Below are positions 10,284 through 18,472 of a stretch of DNA of 64,000 nt, piece after piece. Position 1 is the stretch's first letter, and each line of letters begins with the position of its first letter. The DNA is from Christensenellales bacterium (lineage in GTDB: Bacteria; Bacillota; Clostridia; Christensenellales; UBA1750). The notes under the pieces are model-generated. The model did no database searches and was not told the origin of the DNA. It was given only the letters and a program-made list of their open reading frames with translations. A program made the position numbers and the translations under genes. The stretch lies in NCBI GenBank assembly GCA_050942895.1, contig JBMNOE010000004.1, positions 97,064 to 161,063 of the forward strand, written 5' to 3'.

Positions 10284-11231
10284 ATGCTCTCATATTCAAC
10301 CCAGAGGAAAAAAAGCTTTCGGCATGTGCTGGCTTTGGATTTTAAGCGAAATGGCGCACTTTATTTGATGGTGCTGCCGGTCATTGTCATATATTTCATA
10401 TATAATTATATACCGCTGTTTGGCGTTATCATCGCTTTTAAAAACTATAAGCCCAACTTGGGCGTGTTCGGCAGCGGATGGGCGAAGCAGATGGGCATGG
10501 AGCATTTCATCTCTTTCTTTCAGGGTGTGTACTTTTCAAGGACTGTCCGCAACACTTTGCTCATCAGCCTTTACAATATAGCATTTGGATTTCCAGCGCC
10601 AATAATACTGGCCATCCTTCTAAACGAGGTCAGGAGCGTAAAATATAAGCGCATAATACAGACATTCACATATTTCCCTCATTTCATATCGCAGGTTGTT
10701 ATCTGCGGCATCATAATACAGTTTTGTCTGACAGACGGGCTTTTCAACTATGTCGGCAGCCTTTTTGGGGTAGCGCCCAAATCCCTCCTTCAGGATCCAC
10801 GCTATTTTAGAACAATATATGTGGGCACGGGCATATGGCAGGGGGTGGGCTGGAGCAGCATAATATATCTGGCGGCCATTGCGGGGATAGATCCGCAGCT
10901 CTACGAGGCCTCCGCACTGGACGGCGCCACGAGAATAGGCAATATCTGGCATGTGACGCTTCCCGGCATCAAGAATACGATAATCATTTTGCTGATTATG
11001 GCCGTGGGAAACATGATGGACGTGGGTTCTGAGAAGATTCTCCTTCTATACAACCCCGCCATATATGAAACCGCGGACGTGATCTCAACTTACATATACC
11101 GGCGCGGACTCTTGGAGTTTAACTGGAGCTTTTCAACGGCAGTCAACCTTTTTAACTCCATAATCAATTTTTTGCTGGTGCTAACTGCCAACAGCATAAG
11201 CCGCAAATTCTCGGAAACGAGCCTATTTTAG
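10284..11231 (+). CDS. Sugar ABC transporter permease (LplB/YteP type)
   Basis: Six-TM-type profile, N-terminal YIPLFGVIIAFKNY motif and EAA loop YEASALDGATRIGNIWHVTLPGIKN. Confidence 0.9.
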   Translation: MLSYSTQRKKSFRHVLALDFKRNGALYLMVLPVIVIYFIYNYIPLFGVIIAFKNYKPNLGVFGSGWAKQMGMEHFISFFQGVYFSRTVRNTLLISLYNIAFGFPAPIILAILLNEVRSVKYKRIIQTFTYFPHFISQVVICGIIIQFCLTDGLFNYVGSLFGVAPKSLLQDPRYFRTIYVGTGIWQGVGWSSIIYLAAIAGIDPQLYEASALDGATRIGNIWHVTLPGIKNTIIILLIMAVGNMMDVGSEKILLLYNPAIYETADVISTYIYRRGLLEFNWSFSTAVNLFNSIINFLLVLTANSISRKFSETSLF

Positions 11232-11243
11232 GGAGGTTATGAA

Positions 11244-12128
11244 ATGATCAGAAAAAGAACTGTGAGCGGCTATATATTTGACGGTCTTAATATTCTCATG
11301 CTGGGACTTTTGGCTTTAATTATGGTTTACCCCATGGTCTACGAGTTTTTTGTCTCCATAAGCGATCCGGCCATGCTCACGAAGCATCGGGGCATAATGA
11401 TCTCGCCCCTGGGCTTCAGCGCTTCCGCCTATCAGATAGTCTTTCGCAACAGGCTGCTGTTGTCCGGCTACCGCAACACCCTTTTCATATTGGTGGTGGG
11501 CACCGTGTTCAGCGTGGCGCTGACAGCCATGGGCGCATATTTTCTCACAAGGAAACGGGTGCTTTTCTATAAGCCGGTGATGGTTTTCCTGCTCATAAAG
11601 ATGTACTTTTCAGGCGGCCTTGTTCCTTTTTTCCTGACAGTGCGCGCAACGGGTCTTTATGACAGCCTGTGGGCGCTGATCATTCCCACGGCAATCAGCA
11701 CATATAACATGATTTTGCTTAGGTCATACTTCATGTCCATACCCGAGAGCCTGATGGAGTCTGTGTTCATAGACGGCGGGGGACATTTTTCCGCCGTGTT
11801 CAAGATTGTGCTCCCCCTTTCGCTGCCTGCCCTTGCCGTCATGACTCTCTACTATGGCGTCGGGTATTGGAACAGCTGGTTCAATGCGAAGATTTTTCTT
11901 AAATCGGAATCTTTGTTTCCGCTGCAGCTTGTGTTGCACAAAATTCTTATACAGGGTGAACAGTTGGATGTGCAGTCGGAGTTTGTGGATGTGCATAATT
12001 ATGAGCAGATATCCGACAGCGTGAAGGCGGCGACTGTGATGGTGTCGACGCTGCCAATACTGATGTTCTACCCATTTTTGCAAAAATACTTCGTCAGCGG
12101 CCTTATGATCGGCTCCCTTAAAGAGTAA
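11244..12128 (+). CDS. Carbohydrate ABC transporter permease (LplC/YtcP type)
   Basis: GGAGG upstream, polytopic, EAA loop ESVFIDGGGHFSAVFKIVLPLSLPAL. Starts 12 nt after the preceding permease gene. Confidence 0.9.
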   Translation: MIRKRTVSGYIFDGLNILMLGLLALIMVYPMVYEFFVSISDPAMLTKHRGIMISPLGFSASAYQIVFRNRLLLSGYRNTLFILVVGTVFSVALTAMGAYFLTRKRVLFYKPVMVFLLIKMYFSGGLVPFFLTVRATGLYDSLWALIIPTAISTYNMILLRSYFMSIPESLMESVFIDGGGHFSAVFKIVLPLSLPALAVMTLYYGVGYWNSWFNAKIFLKSESLFPLQLVLHKILIQGEQLDVQSEFVDVHNYEQISDSVKAATVMVSTLPILMFYPFLQKYFVSGLMIGSLKE

Positions 12129-12160
12129 GTGTAAGTTTCCGGCTGGATGGCCCCGGTTTT

Positions 12161-12188
12161 AAAAGGAGTGCCCAAGGGCGCTTCTTTT
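12161..12188 (+). terminator. Terminator of ABC importer operon
   Basis: AAAAGGAGTGCCC-AA-GGGCGCTTCTTTT: 13-bp stem including two G-U pairs (the tight loop probably opens by one pair), with a U-rich 3' side. Confidence 0.5.
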
Positions 12189-12358
12189 GCGTTGGCAAAG
12201 CGGCCTGCCCTGCATTGAATACACTATGATTGAAAAGCCCCGGCCGTGAAAAGCGGAAACGTGTGCTTTGTAACTTGAAGACTGCTCTTCCTGGCTTGTA
12301 AAACGGCTTTAAATGCGAAGCATTATGATTTTTAAGAATGAGCAAAAGCCGGGTAATA

Positions 12359-12387
12359 TTGACAGCGCCGCGATGGGGGAGTATAAT
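12359..12387 (+). promoter_or_regulatory. Sigma-A-type promoter of trpS
   Basis: TTGACA (12359-12364), 17-nt spacer, TATAAT (12382-12387). Both hexamers are perfect consensus, 57 nt upstream of the ATG. Confidence 0.75.
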
Positions 12388-12444
12388 TTGAGGATACGAT
12401 TAGTTTAGCAAATTGCGAAGCAATTGCGGGTTGGAGGGTTTTTT

Positions 12445-13446
12445 ATGCAGCCAAATGAGCGCAAACAGCGCATTTTTTCAGGTATACAGCCAACGGGAGT
12501 ATTTACCATTGGAAATTATATCGGGGCCATGCGTAACTGGACGCTGCTGCAGGAGGAGTACGATTGCCTTTACTGCGTGGTTGATCTGCACGCCCTCACC
12601 ATCCGAAACAAGCCGGCAGACCTCCGCCAGGGCAGTATGCGCGCGCTGGCGCTGCTGATAGCCGCGGGGCTTGATCCGAATAAAAACATACTCTACTTTC
12701 AGTCCCATGTGCCCCAGCACGCCGAGCTTTCGTGGATTTTAAACTGCTACACATATGTGGGCGAGTTAAGCCGCATGACCCAGTTCAAGGATAAGGCTGA
12801 AAAGCATTCGGACAACATAAACGCCGGGCTCTTTGACTATCCTGTGCTGATGGCGGCAGATATTCTGCTCTTTAACGCAGACCTGGTTCCCGTGGGCACC
12901 GATCAGCGCCAGCATATAGAGATCACAAGGGATATAGCCATTCGTTTCAACAATATATACGGTGATACATTCACAGTTCCCGATGCCTATTATGGCAAGG
13001 AAGGTGCGAAGATTCTTAGCCTGTCGGACCCTGCGCGAAAGATGTCCAAGTCAGACGAGCCGGGCTCCGCCATATTCCTTCTGGATGAACCCGATGTCAT
13101 CGTCCGCAAGATGAAGCGGGCAGTCACCGATTCGGGCAGCGGCATCATATACGGCGAGGACAAGCCGGGGATCAGCAACCTGATGACAATCCATGCGGTC
13201 ATGTCAGGCAGGACCATAGAGCAGGTGCAAAATGATTGCGAGGGGATGGGCTACGGGGATTTCAAGCTTCTGGTGGCTGACAGCGTTATTGCCGCCCTTA
13301 AGCCCATACAGGACGAATACCAAAGGCTTGCGGCCGACAAGGGCTATCTTACCCAGGTCATGAAGGACGGCGCAGCCAAGGCTGAGCGGATAGCCGCCAG
13401 GACTTTAAGCAAGGTACACCGCAAGATAGGTCTGGTGCAAAGATGA
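12445..13446 (+). CDS. trpS: Tryptophan--tRNA ligase
   Basis: Class I aaRS with N-terminal IFSGIQPTGVFTIGNYIGA (HIGH-region equivalent) and a KMSKS loop (ARKMSKSDEP). Start set at ATG 12445 (MQPNERK), with GGAGGG 8 nt upstream. Confidence 0.95.
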   Translation: MQPNERKQRIFSGIQPTGVFTIGNYIGAMRNWTLLQEEYDCLYCVVDLHALTIRNKPADLRQGSMRALALLIAAGLDPNKNILYFQSHVPQHAELSWILNCYTYVGELSRMTQFKDKAEKHSDNINAGLFDYPVLMAADILLFNADLVPVGTDQRQHIEITRDIAIRFNNIYGDTFTVPDAYYGKEGAKILSLSDPARKMSKSDEPGSAIFLLDEPDVIVRKMKRAVTDSGSGIIYGEDKPGISNLMTIHAVMSGRTIEQVQNDCEGMGYGDFKLLVADSVIAALKPIQDEYQRLAADKGYLTQVMKDGAAKAERIAARTLSKVHRKIGLVQR

Positions 13447-13518
13447 CGCTATATGATGCTATATGATGCTAAAGGTCAGAAAAAAGAAAAAAGCAGAAGG
13501 AGCGAGGAGAAGGGCAAT

Positions 13519-14586
13519 ATGACAGAGATAAAATTTATCAAAAATGAAAACCTGAAGGCAAAGCCGGCGGATTCCGGCAAGCTGGGCTTCGGCAAGATAT
13601 TCACCGACTATATGTTCACATACCGCTACAGCGAGGACAAGGGTTGGCATGACGCAAAGATTGAGCCTTTCGCGCCCATTTCGATGCATCCGGCCACAAG
13701 CTGTCTGCACTACGGACAGGCGGCCTTTGAGGGGCTCAAGGCGTACAAAAATAAGGATGGCCAGGTGCGGCTTTTCCGCCCGAAGGATAATATTCAGCGG
13801 ATGAACAGGGGCGCAGAGCGTCTTTGCATGCCCAAGCTCCCGCAGGATGTTGTCTATGAGGGCCTTTTGAAGCTGGTGGAGCTTGAGAAGGACTGGATCC
13901 CTACTGAGCCGGGGACATCGCTTTACATACGCCCAACATATATCGCCACGGAAGAGGCTCTGGGGGTGCATGCCTCCAAGAGCACCCTTTTCTACATAAT
14001 ACTTTCGCCCTCGGGGCCCTATTATGCACAGGGGCTTAAGCCTGTGAGGATATTCGTCGAGGACAGCTATGTCCGCGCGGTGGTGGGCGGTGTGGGCCAC
14101 ACAAAGGCCGCCGGGAACTATGCCGCTTCGATTTTGGCGGGCGAAATCGCCGCCGCCAAGGGCTACACACAGGTTCTGTGGCTGGACGGCGTTGAGCATA
14201 AATATGTGGAGGAAGTGGGCGCCATGAACATGTTCTTTGTGATCGACGGCGTGATAAAAACACCGCCCCTCCTGGGCTCCATACTCCCTGGCATCACCAG
14301 GGACAGCATTATAAAGCTTGCGTCCGGCATGGGCTATCAGGTCAGCGAGGAGCGTATCGCCATAGGGGATGTCGTTAAGGCCGCCAATGAGGGCCGCTTA
14401 AACGAGGCTTTCGGCACGGGCACTGCGGCGGTGGTTTCCCCGGTGGGCGAGCTGCACTACGAGGGGCAGGACATCGTCATAAACGGCGGCGAGATGGGCG
14501 AGATCACCCAGAAGCTCTATGACAATTTGACCGGAATACAAACAGGCAGGCTGGACGACAGCCGCGGCTGGACTGTGGAGCTTTAA
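13519..14586 (+). CDS. ilvE: Branched-chain amino acid aminotransferase (class IV)
   Basis: FGKIFTDYMF ... LHYGQAAFEGLKAY ... RLFRPKDNIQRMNRGAERLCMP are typical long-form IlvE motifs. Start set at ATG 13519 (MTEIKF), downstream of an AGGAGCGAGGAG purine tract. Confidence 0.9.
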   Translation: MTEIKFIKNENLKAKPADSGKLGFGKIFTDYMFTYRYSEDKGWHDAKIEPFAPISMHPATSCLHYGQAAFEGLKAYKNKDGQVRLFRPKDNIQRMNRGAERLCMPKLPQDVVYEGLLKLVELEKDWIPTEPGTSLYIRPTYIATEEALGVHASKSTLFYIILSPSGPYYAQGLKPVRIFVEDSYVRAVVGGVGHTKAAGNYAASILAGEIAAAKGYTQVLWLDGVEHKYVEEVGAMNMFFVIDGVIKTPPLLGSILPGITRDSIIKLASGMGYQVSEERIAIGDVVKAANEGRLNEAFGTGTAAVVSPVGELHYEGQDIVINGGEMGEITQKLYDNLTGIQTGRLDDSRGWTVEL

Positions 14587-14630
14587 AGTTTGCCCACATT
14601 TATTCAAAAATAAAAACAATAAAAAGATAG

Positions 14631-14667
14631 CGCGCAGCATGTTTTCGCCTTGGAGACCTGCTGCGCG
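14631..14667 (+). promoter_or_regulatory. Stem-loop between ilvE and the first TIM-barrel gene
   Basis: 9-bp perfect stem CGCGCAGCA / TGCTGCGCG with a 19-nt loop and no U-tract; ends 22 nt before the ATG at 14690. Confidence 0.45.
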
Positions 14668-14689
14668 AACTTTACCCAGGAGGATTTGG

Positions 14690-15502
14690 ATGAGCAGGGC
14701 GGAGATTTTGCTTTCAACGGGTGCTTTCACCGGCCGAATTAACGGCAGAAACCACAGGCTTGCCATCGAATATATGAACAGGCTTGAATGCGACGGCTTT
14801 GAGCTCATGATATTCGAGGATTGGCTGGAAAAACTGGACGAAATTATTGCTGAATATATAAGAAGCGGCATAAGGATAAAGGCGGTCCATTCGGTAAAAA
14901 GCATTGGCGATGCGGTTTCTGATCCGGACGAGGAAAACTGGCTTAAATGCCGCCGGCTTTATGCGGAAAACTGCCGGGCAGCCCAAAGGCTGGGGGCTGA
15001 TAAGCTGGTAGCCCACATATGGGGACGGCCCCACAGCGACCGGTATTTTGATATTATTGCCCGCCGCTGCGGATGGATGAAGGAGACGGCCGAAGCCTTC
15101 TCGCTTGATTTTCTGCCTGAAAACTGCGTGTGTCTGAGCTCACCCATAGAGAATTTTGAGAGGCTGGCCGCCCTGATCCCCGGCCTTGGCGTCACCATAG
15201 ACACAAGGCCCGCCCAGTTCCACCGCGAGCTTGAAAGAACCACCGACAGCCCCGTGTTCAAAAACAATGTGCGCCACATCCATATAAACGATTTCAGCGG
15301 CGGATATATGCAGTGGGACGCCCTTTACCCAATACCTGCCCTCGGCAGCGGCCAGGTGAATTTCCCCATCTTCTTTGCAGCTTTGAGAAAAATGGGTTAT
15401 AATCAAACCATAACCTTGGAAAGCCCCAGGATGCGGCCTGATGGCGTGGACTATCAAGGGCTTAATGAGGGTCTGGCCTTCATCAGGCAGAGCATTTTAT
15501 GA
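14690..15502 (+). CDS. Sugar phosphate isomerase/epimerase family protein (xylose-isomerase-like TIM barrel)
   Basis: AGGAGG lies 7 nt upstream of the ATG at 14690. About 270 aa with an alternating beta/alpha pattern and the HIHINDFSGG segment typical of AP-endonuclease-2/xylose-isomerase-like barrels. Confidence 0.6.
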   Translation: MSRAEILLSTGAFTGRINGRNHRLAIEYMNRLECDGFELMIFEDWLEKLDEIIAEYIRSGIRIKAVHSVKSIGDAVSDPDEENWLKCRRLYAENCRAAQRLGADKLVAHIWGRPHSDRYFDIIARRCGWMKETAEAFSLDFLPENCVCLSSPIENFERLAALIPGLGVTIDTRPAQFHRELERTTDSPVFKNNVRHIHINDFSGGYMQWDALYPIPALGSGQVNFPIFFAALRKMGYNQTITLESPRMRPDGVDYQGLNEGLAFIRQSIL

Positions 15503-15562
15503 AATAGCAGAAATATAATTAATATAATTTAGTATTATATAATAAAGAATAGGAGGATTGCT

Positions 15563-16384
15563 ATGTTGGTTGGAGTAAGAGGCCATGACTACGGCCGCGG
15601 TACCCCGAGGGAAATGGCCCAAAGGATTGGCGCGGACGGCTGGCAGTGCGCCCAAATCGCCGTGCAGAAGCTGATAACGGGATATAATTCGCTGGACGAT
15701 GTGGATGAGCGGGTGATCGACGAGATTCATCAGGAGTTTGAAAGGGCGAATATAAAAACGCCGGTGCTGGGCTTTTATGTGGAGCCTGCCAGCCCCGACA
15801 AAGATATCAGAAAGCATCAGGTGGAGCTTTTCTGCAAGGGCCTCACACTGAGCAAGCGTCTTGGCAGCGCCCTTGTGGCCAGCGAAACAGGCCATTTCTT
15901 GGGAACCGAGGAGGAGCGCAGGCCTTTGTTTGAAAACCTGGTGGACAGCGTTTTGCGCTTTGCCGAACATGCTGAAAAGGTGGATGCAACCATCGCCCTT
16001 GAAGGGGTGACTGTCCACACATTGGGCAGCATTGATCTGATATGTGAGCTTATCGGCCGGGTGGATTCAAAGCGGCTGCAGCTCATAATAGACCCGGTTA
16101 ATCTGCTGAGGCCGGAGATTGTTGATAATCAGCCGGAGTACTGGCAAAGGGCGTTCGATCTTTGGGGCGAGAGAATACAGGCTTTTCATGTGAAGGATGT
16201 CAAGTTTGTGGAGGGCAGGTTTGAAAACTGCATACTGGGCGAAGGCGTAGTCGACTTCGACTATATATTTGGATGGATGAAAAAGAACAAGCCGAATATT
16301 CCATTGCTTCGGGAGGACTTAAAACCCCAAAACGCTGAGGTTGAATTCTCATTCATGAAAAAGTACGCTGACGCCATGAAGTAG
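15563..16384 (+). CDS. Sugar phosphate isomerase/epimerase family protein (TIM barrel)
   Basis: AGGAGG upstream. VGVRGHDYG ... IALEGV ... AFHVKD segments as in xylose-isomerase-like TIM barrel proteins. Followed by the terminator at 16423-16448. Confidence 0.65.
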   Translation: MLVGVRGHDYGRGTPREMAQRIGADGWQCAQIAVQKLITGYNSLDDVDERVIDEIHQEFERANIKTPVLGFYVEPASPDKDIRKHQVELFCKGLTLSKRLGSALVASETGHFLGTEEERRPLFENLVDSVLRFAEHAEKVDATIALEGVTVHTLGSIDLICELIGRVDSKRLQLIIDPVNLLRPEIVDNQPEYWQRAFDLWGERIQAFHVKDVKFVEGRFENCILGEGVVDFDYIFGWMKKNKPNIPLLREDLKPQNAEVEFSFMKKYADAMK

Positions 16385-16422
16385 ATAATGAAAAGATGAT
16401 GAAAAGAATATGAGGTCTGCTG

Positions 16423-16448
16423 CCCCGCTTGTTATAGGCGGGGTTTTT
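16423..16448 (+). terminator. Rho-independent terminator after TIM-barrel pair
   Basis: CCCCGC-TTGTTATAG-GCGGGG followed by TTTTT. Confidence 0.7.
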
Positions 16449-16511
16449 CATTCTTCGCGCTTTTGTATATTTGCCCGAATAGGAGGCAAAATATGGCTGG
16501 AGGTGGTTTAA

Positions 16512-17321
16512 TTGTCAATGAAAAAGGTCAGGAGCGCGGCGGCGGCAGTGAGATATGTGGCCCCGCTGATGACCATATTCGCCATTTTTGCTCTATGGAT
16601 ATACGGCAGAACCGCCAATTTCGAGCTGACTTTAGCCCTGGGCGTGTTACTGACACTGCTGACGGGTATATTGCTGATAATGGGAAGGGAGAAGTTTTTT
16701 GCCGACTCTGCGAAAAAAAGGGAGAGGGCCGAAGATGCCAGAAAGGGGCGGGTGCATCTGCTTTTGCAGGCTGAAGGCGATGCTCTTAAGCTGTTGCTGG
16801 AGGCAATGCGCTCGGATTATCCGGTGGAGGATATTTCCTATAGCGAAAAAAGCGGGAACTTCGCAACGGGCAGGCGCGGCGGGCTGAACATCGGCCTGAG
16901 CTTCATAAACTCGCTGGAAAGCGGCGAATATGAGGCGGGGCTGGTGGCCCTTTACAGAAAATGCCTGCAACAAAAGCTGGACAGAGGCGTGCTTTTGCTG
17001 ATGGGCGAGGAGCCTAAAGGTCTTTCACTCCTTTGCGCGCAGCTTCCCGAGCCAAGGGTAATCATCATCCCGGGAAGCAGGCTGGAGGACTATTTTGCCC
17101 AAGTGGGCGAAAAAAGCCCCTGCGAGGCTGCTGCGGGCAGCCGCAACCTCAAGGGGATTTTCACAAAAAAGAATGGTGTGCGCTGCATGATCGCAGCGGC
17201 ATATATGATAAGCGCTCATATTGCCCTTAAAATGGCATGGTTTTTGCCGGCGGGGCTGGCACTGGCGCTGTTCGCGTCCGTCTGCCGGTACATGGACATT
17301 GAAACGGCCAAGCTTTTCTAA
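16512..17321 (+). CDS. Hypothetical membrane protein (2 N-terminal TM, soluble middle domain, C-terminal TM pair)
   Basis: GGAGGTGG precedes the TTG at 16512 (alternative ATG at 16518). Hydrophobic helices at both ends; no family recognised. Confidence 0.55.
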   Translation: MSMKKVRSAAAAVRYVAPLMTIFAIFALWIYGRTANFELTLALGVLLTLLTGILLIMGREKFFADSAKKRERAEDARKGRVHLLLQAEGDALKLLLEAMRSDYPVEDISYSEKSGNFATGRRGGLNIGLSFINSLESGEYEAGLVALYRKCLQQKLDRGVLLLMGEEPKGLSLLCAQLPEPRVIIIPGSRLEDYFAQVGEKSPCEAAAGSRNLKGIFTKKNGVRCMIAAAYMISAHIALKMAWFLPAGLALALFASVCRYMDIETAKLF

Positions 17322-17336
17322 GCTAAAGCAAAAATC

Positions 17337-17627
17337 TCAGATGAATATCTTTTTATTGTCGTCCGATTCCCGATATATCACAAAGCGCTGGCCGATGCAC
17401 TGCACCGGGGAGGCGCCCAGCCTTTTGCACAGCTCGTCGCAGGCCTGACGGGCGTCGCAGGGGGCGTTTTTCAGCACCTGACCTTTTATCAGCTCCCGGG
17501 CCTTGAGGGCGTCGTATGCCTGCTTGATTATGTTGTCGGTCACTCCGTCCTTGCCCACGTGAATGACGGGGTCGATGGTGTTGGCCATGGCCCTCAGGGC
17601 CGCCCTTTGCTTGCTGGTAATTTCCAT
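17337..17627 (-). CDS. yhbY: Ribosome assembly RNA-binding protein YhbY (CRM domain)
   Basis: 96 aa. LTSKQRAxLRxxA-type N-terminus (ITSKQRAALRAMANTIDPVIHVGKDGVT) and KGQVLKNAP are typical YhbY. Sits in an obg neighbourhood. Confidence 0.9.
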   Translation of the reverse strand: MEITSKQRAALRAMANTIDPVIHVGKDGVTDNIIKQAYDALKARELIKGQVLKNAPCDARQACDELCKRLGASPVQCIGQRFVIYRESDDNKKIFI

Positions 17628-17650
17628 AAGATCTCCTTTTTAATTTGTAG

Positions 17651-18433
17651 CTATCTGTTCATCTTTTCTATAAAGTCAATTTTTTTAACAGTCAACTGCA
17701 CCCATGCGGGGCGAAAGCCGCTTTTAATGGCGTTTCGCACGGAGCCAAGATTCGACCAGGCGCAGCAATAAAAAGGTGCGATCTCCCTTCCAAGCAGCTC
17801 CAAGGCCAGTCGGCTTGTAAGACAGGAAGCCACGCCGCGGCCCCTGTGGCCCTCCAATACATCGATGCCTATCTGCCACATGGAGCCGCAGTCGGCGGAG
17901 CAGCCTGCCAGGCCGATCAGATCGCCGCCGTCAAAAGCGCCGTAGGCCAGCATATCCAGCTCCCTGCGCTCCATGCTCAAGGCATTTTTCCACCGGGGCA
18001 GGTAAAAGGGGGAAAGATCCTCCGGTTGCAGGAGCCTGAGCTGGTAGGGACAGTCCAGAGCTTTCAGCGCGCCGATGTCCGGCAGGAAGTATTCCGCCAT
18101 AAAGCAGACGCTTGCGCCAAGGGGCAGCAGCTTGTCCGTGAGAGCGTGAATGCTCGGCGTTTCAAAGCAATGCTCCACGGGATATTTGCCGATGTATTCG
18201 CGGGTTATATCCTCAAACTCCGGCGAAACGGAGGCGACGATATTGCTTCCATAGGAGGTCAGATCGCAGAGGAAGGGCAGCTCAAGATATTGCCTTGCGC
18301 CCGGGTTTTGCTTGGAAAGCACAATTTTGTTTTCGCGGGCCGTAAAATCCTCCGCAAGGCAATTGCTGTCCACTGCGGATTGGCGCATCGCGATATCCAG
18401 GATATCGGCATTGGTCATTTTTTTATACCTCAA
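17651..18433 (-). CDS. GNAT family N-acetyltransferase
   Basis: C-terminal acetyl-CoA binding motif VLEGHRGRGVASCLTSRL (R-x-x-G-x-G/A pattern), 260 aa. Confidence 0.7.
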   Translation of the reverse strand: MRYKKMTNADILDIAMRQSAVDSNCLAEDFTARENKIVLSKQNPGARQYLELPFLCDLTSYGSNIVASVSPEFEDITREYIGKYPVEHCFETPSIHALTDKLLPLGASVCFMAEYFLPDIGALKALDCPYQLRLLQPEDLSPFYLPRWKNALSMERRELDMLAYGAFDGGDLIGLAGCSADCGSMWQIGIDVLEGHRGRGVASCLTSRLALELLGREIAPFYCCAWSNLGSVRNAIKSGFRPAWVQLTVKKIDFIEKMNR

Positions 18434-18472
18434 GTTAAAGGCGTAATAAAAAGGGAGTAAAATGGCGTAAAG

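Noticed and set aside
12118-12345. 75-aa minus-strand ORF in the gap after the ABC operon
   Set aside because: It has no RBS, spans the operon terminator, and has a basic low-complexity sequence. It is probably non-coding.
12130-12444. Expected a tryptophan T-box leader upstream of trpS
   Set aside because: I found no T-box core (GGUGGUACCGCG-like), AGAGA or GNUGNA elements. A perfect consensus promoter at 12359-12387 leaves only a ~55-nt leader, which contains a small bulged hairpin (GCAAATTGC-GAA-GCAATTGC) and no terminator/antiterminator pair.
13448-13470. 10-bp tandem duplication GCTATATGAT x2.3 between trpS and ilvE
   Set aside because: It is very short and AT-rich and overlaps possible -10-like TATGAT hexamers. 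Most likely it is a simple slippage duplication, and it gives no evidence of function.
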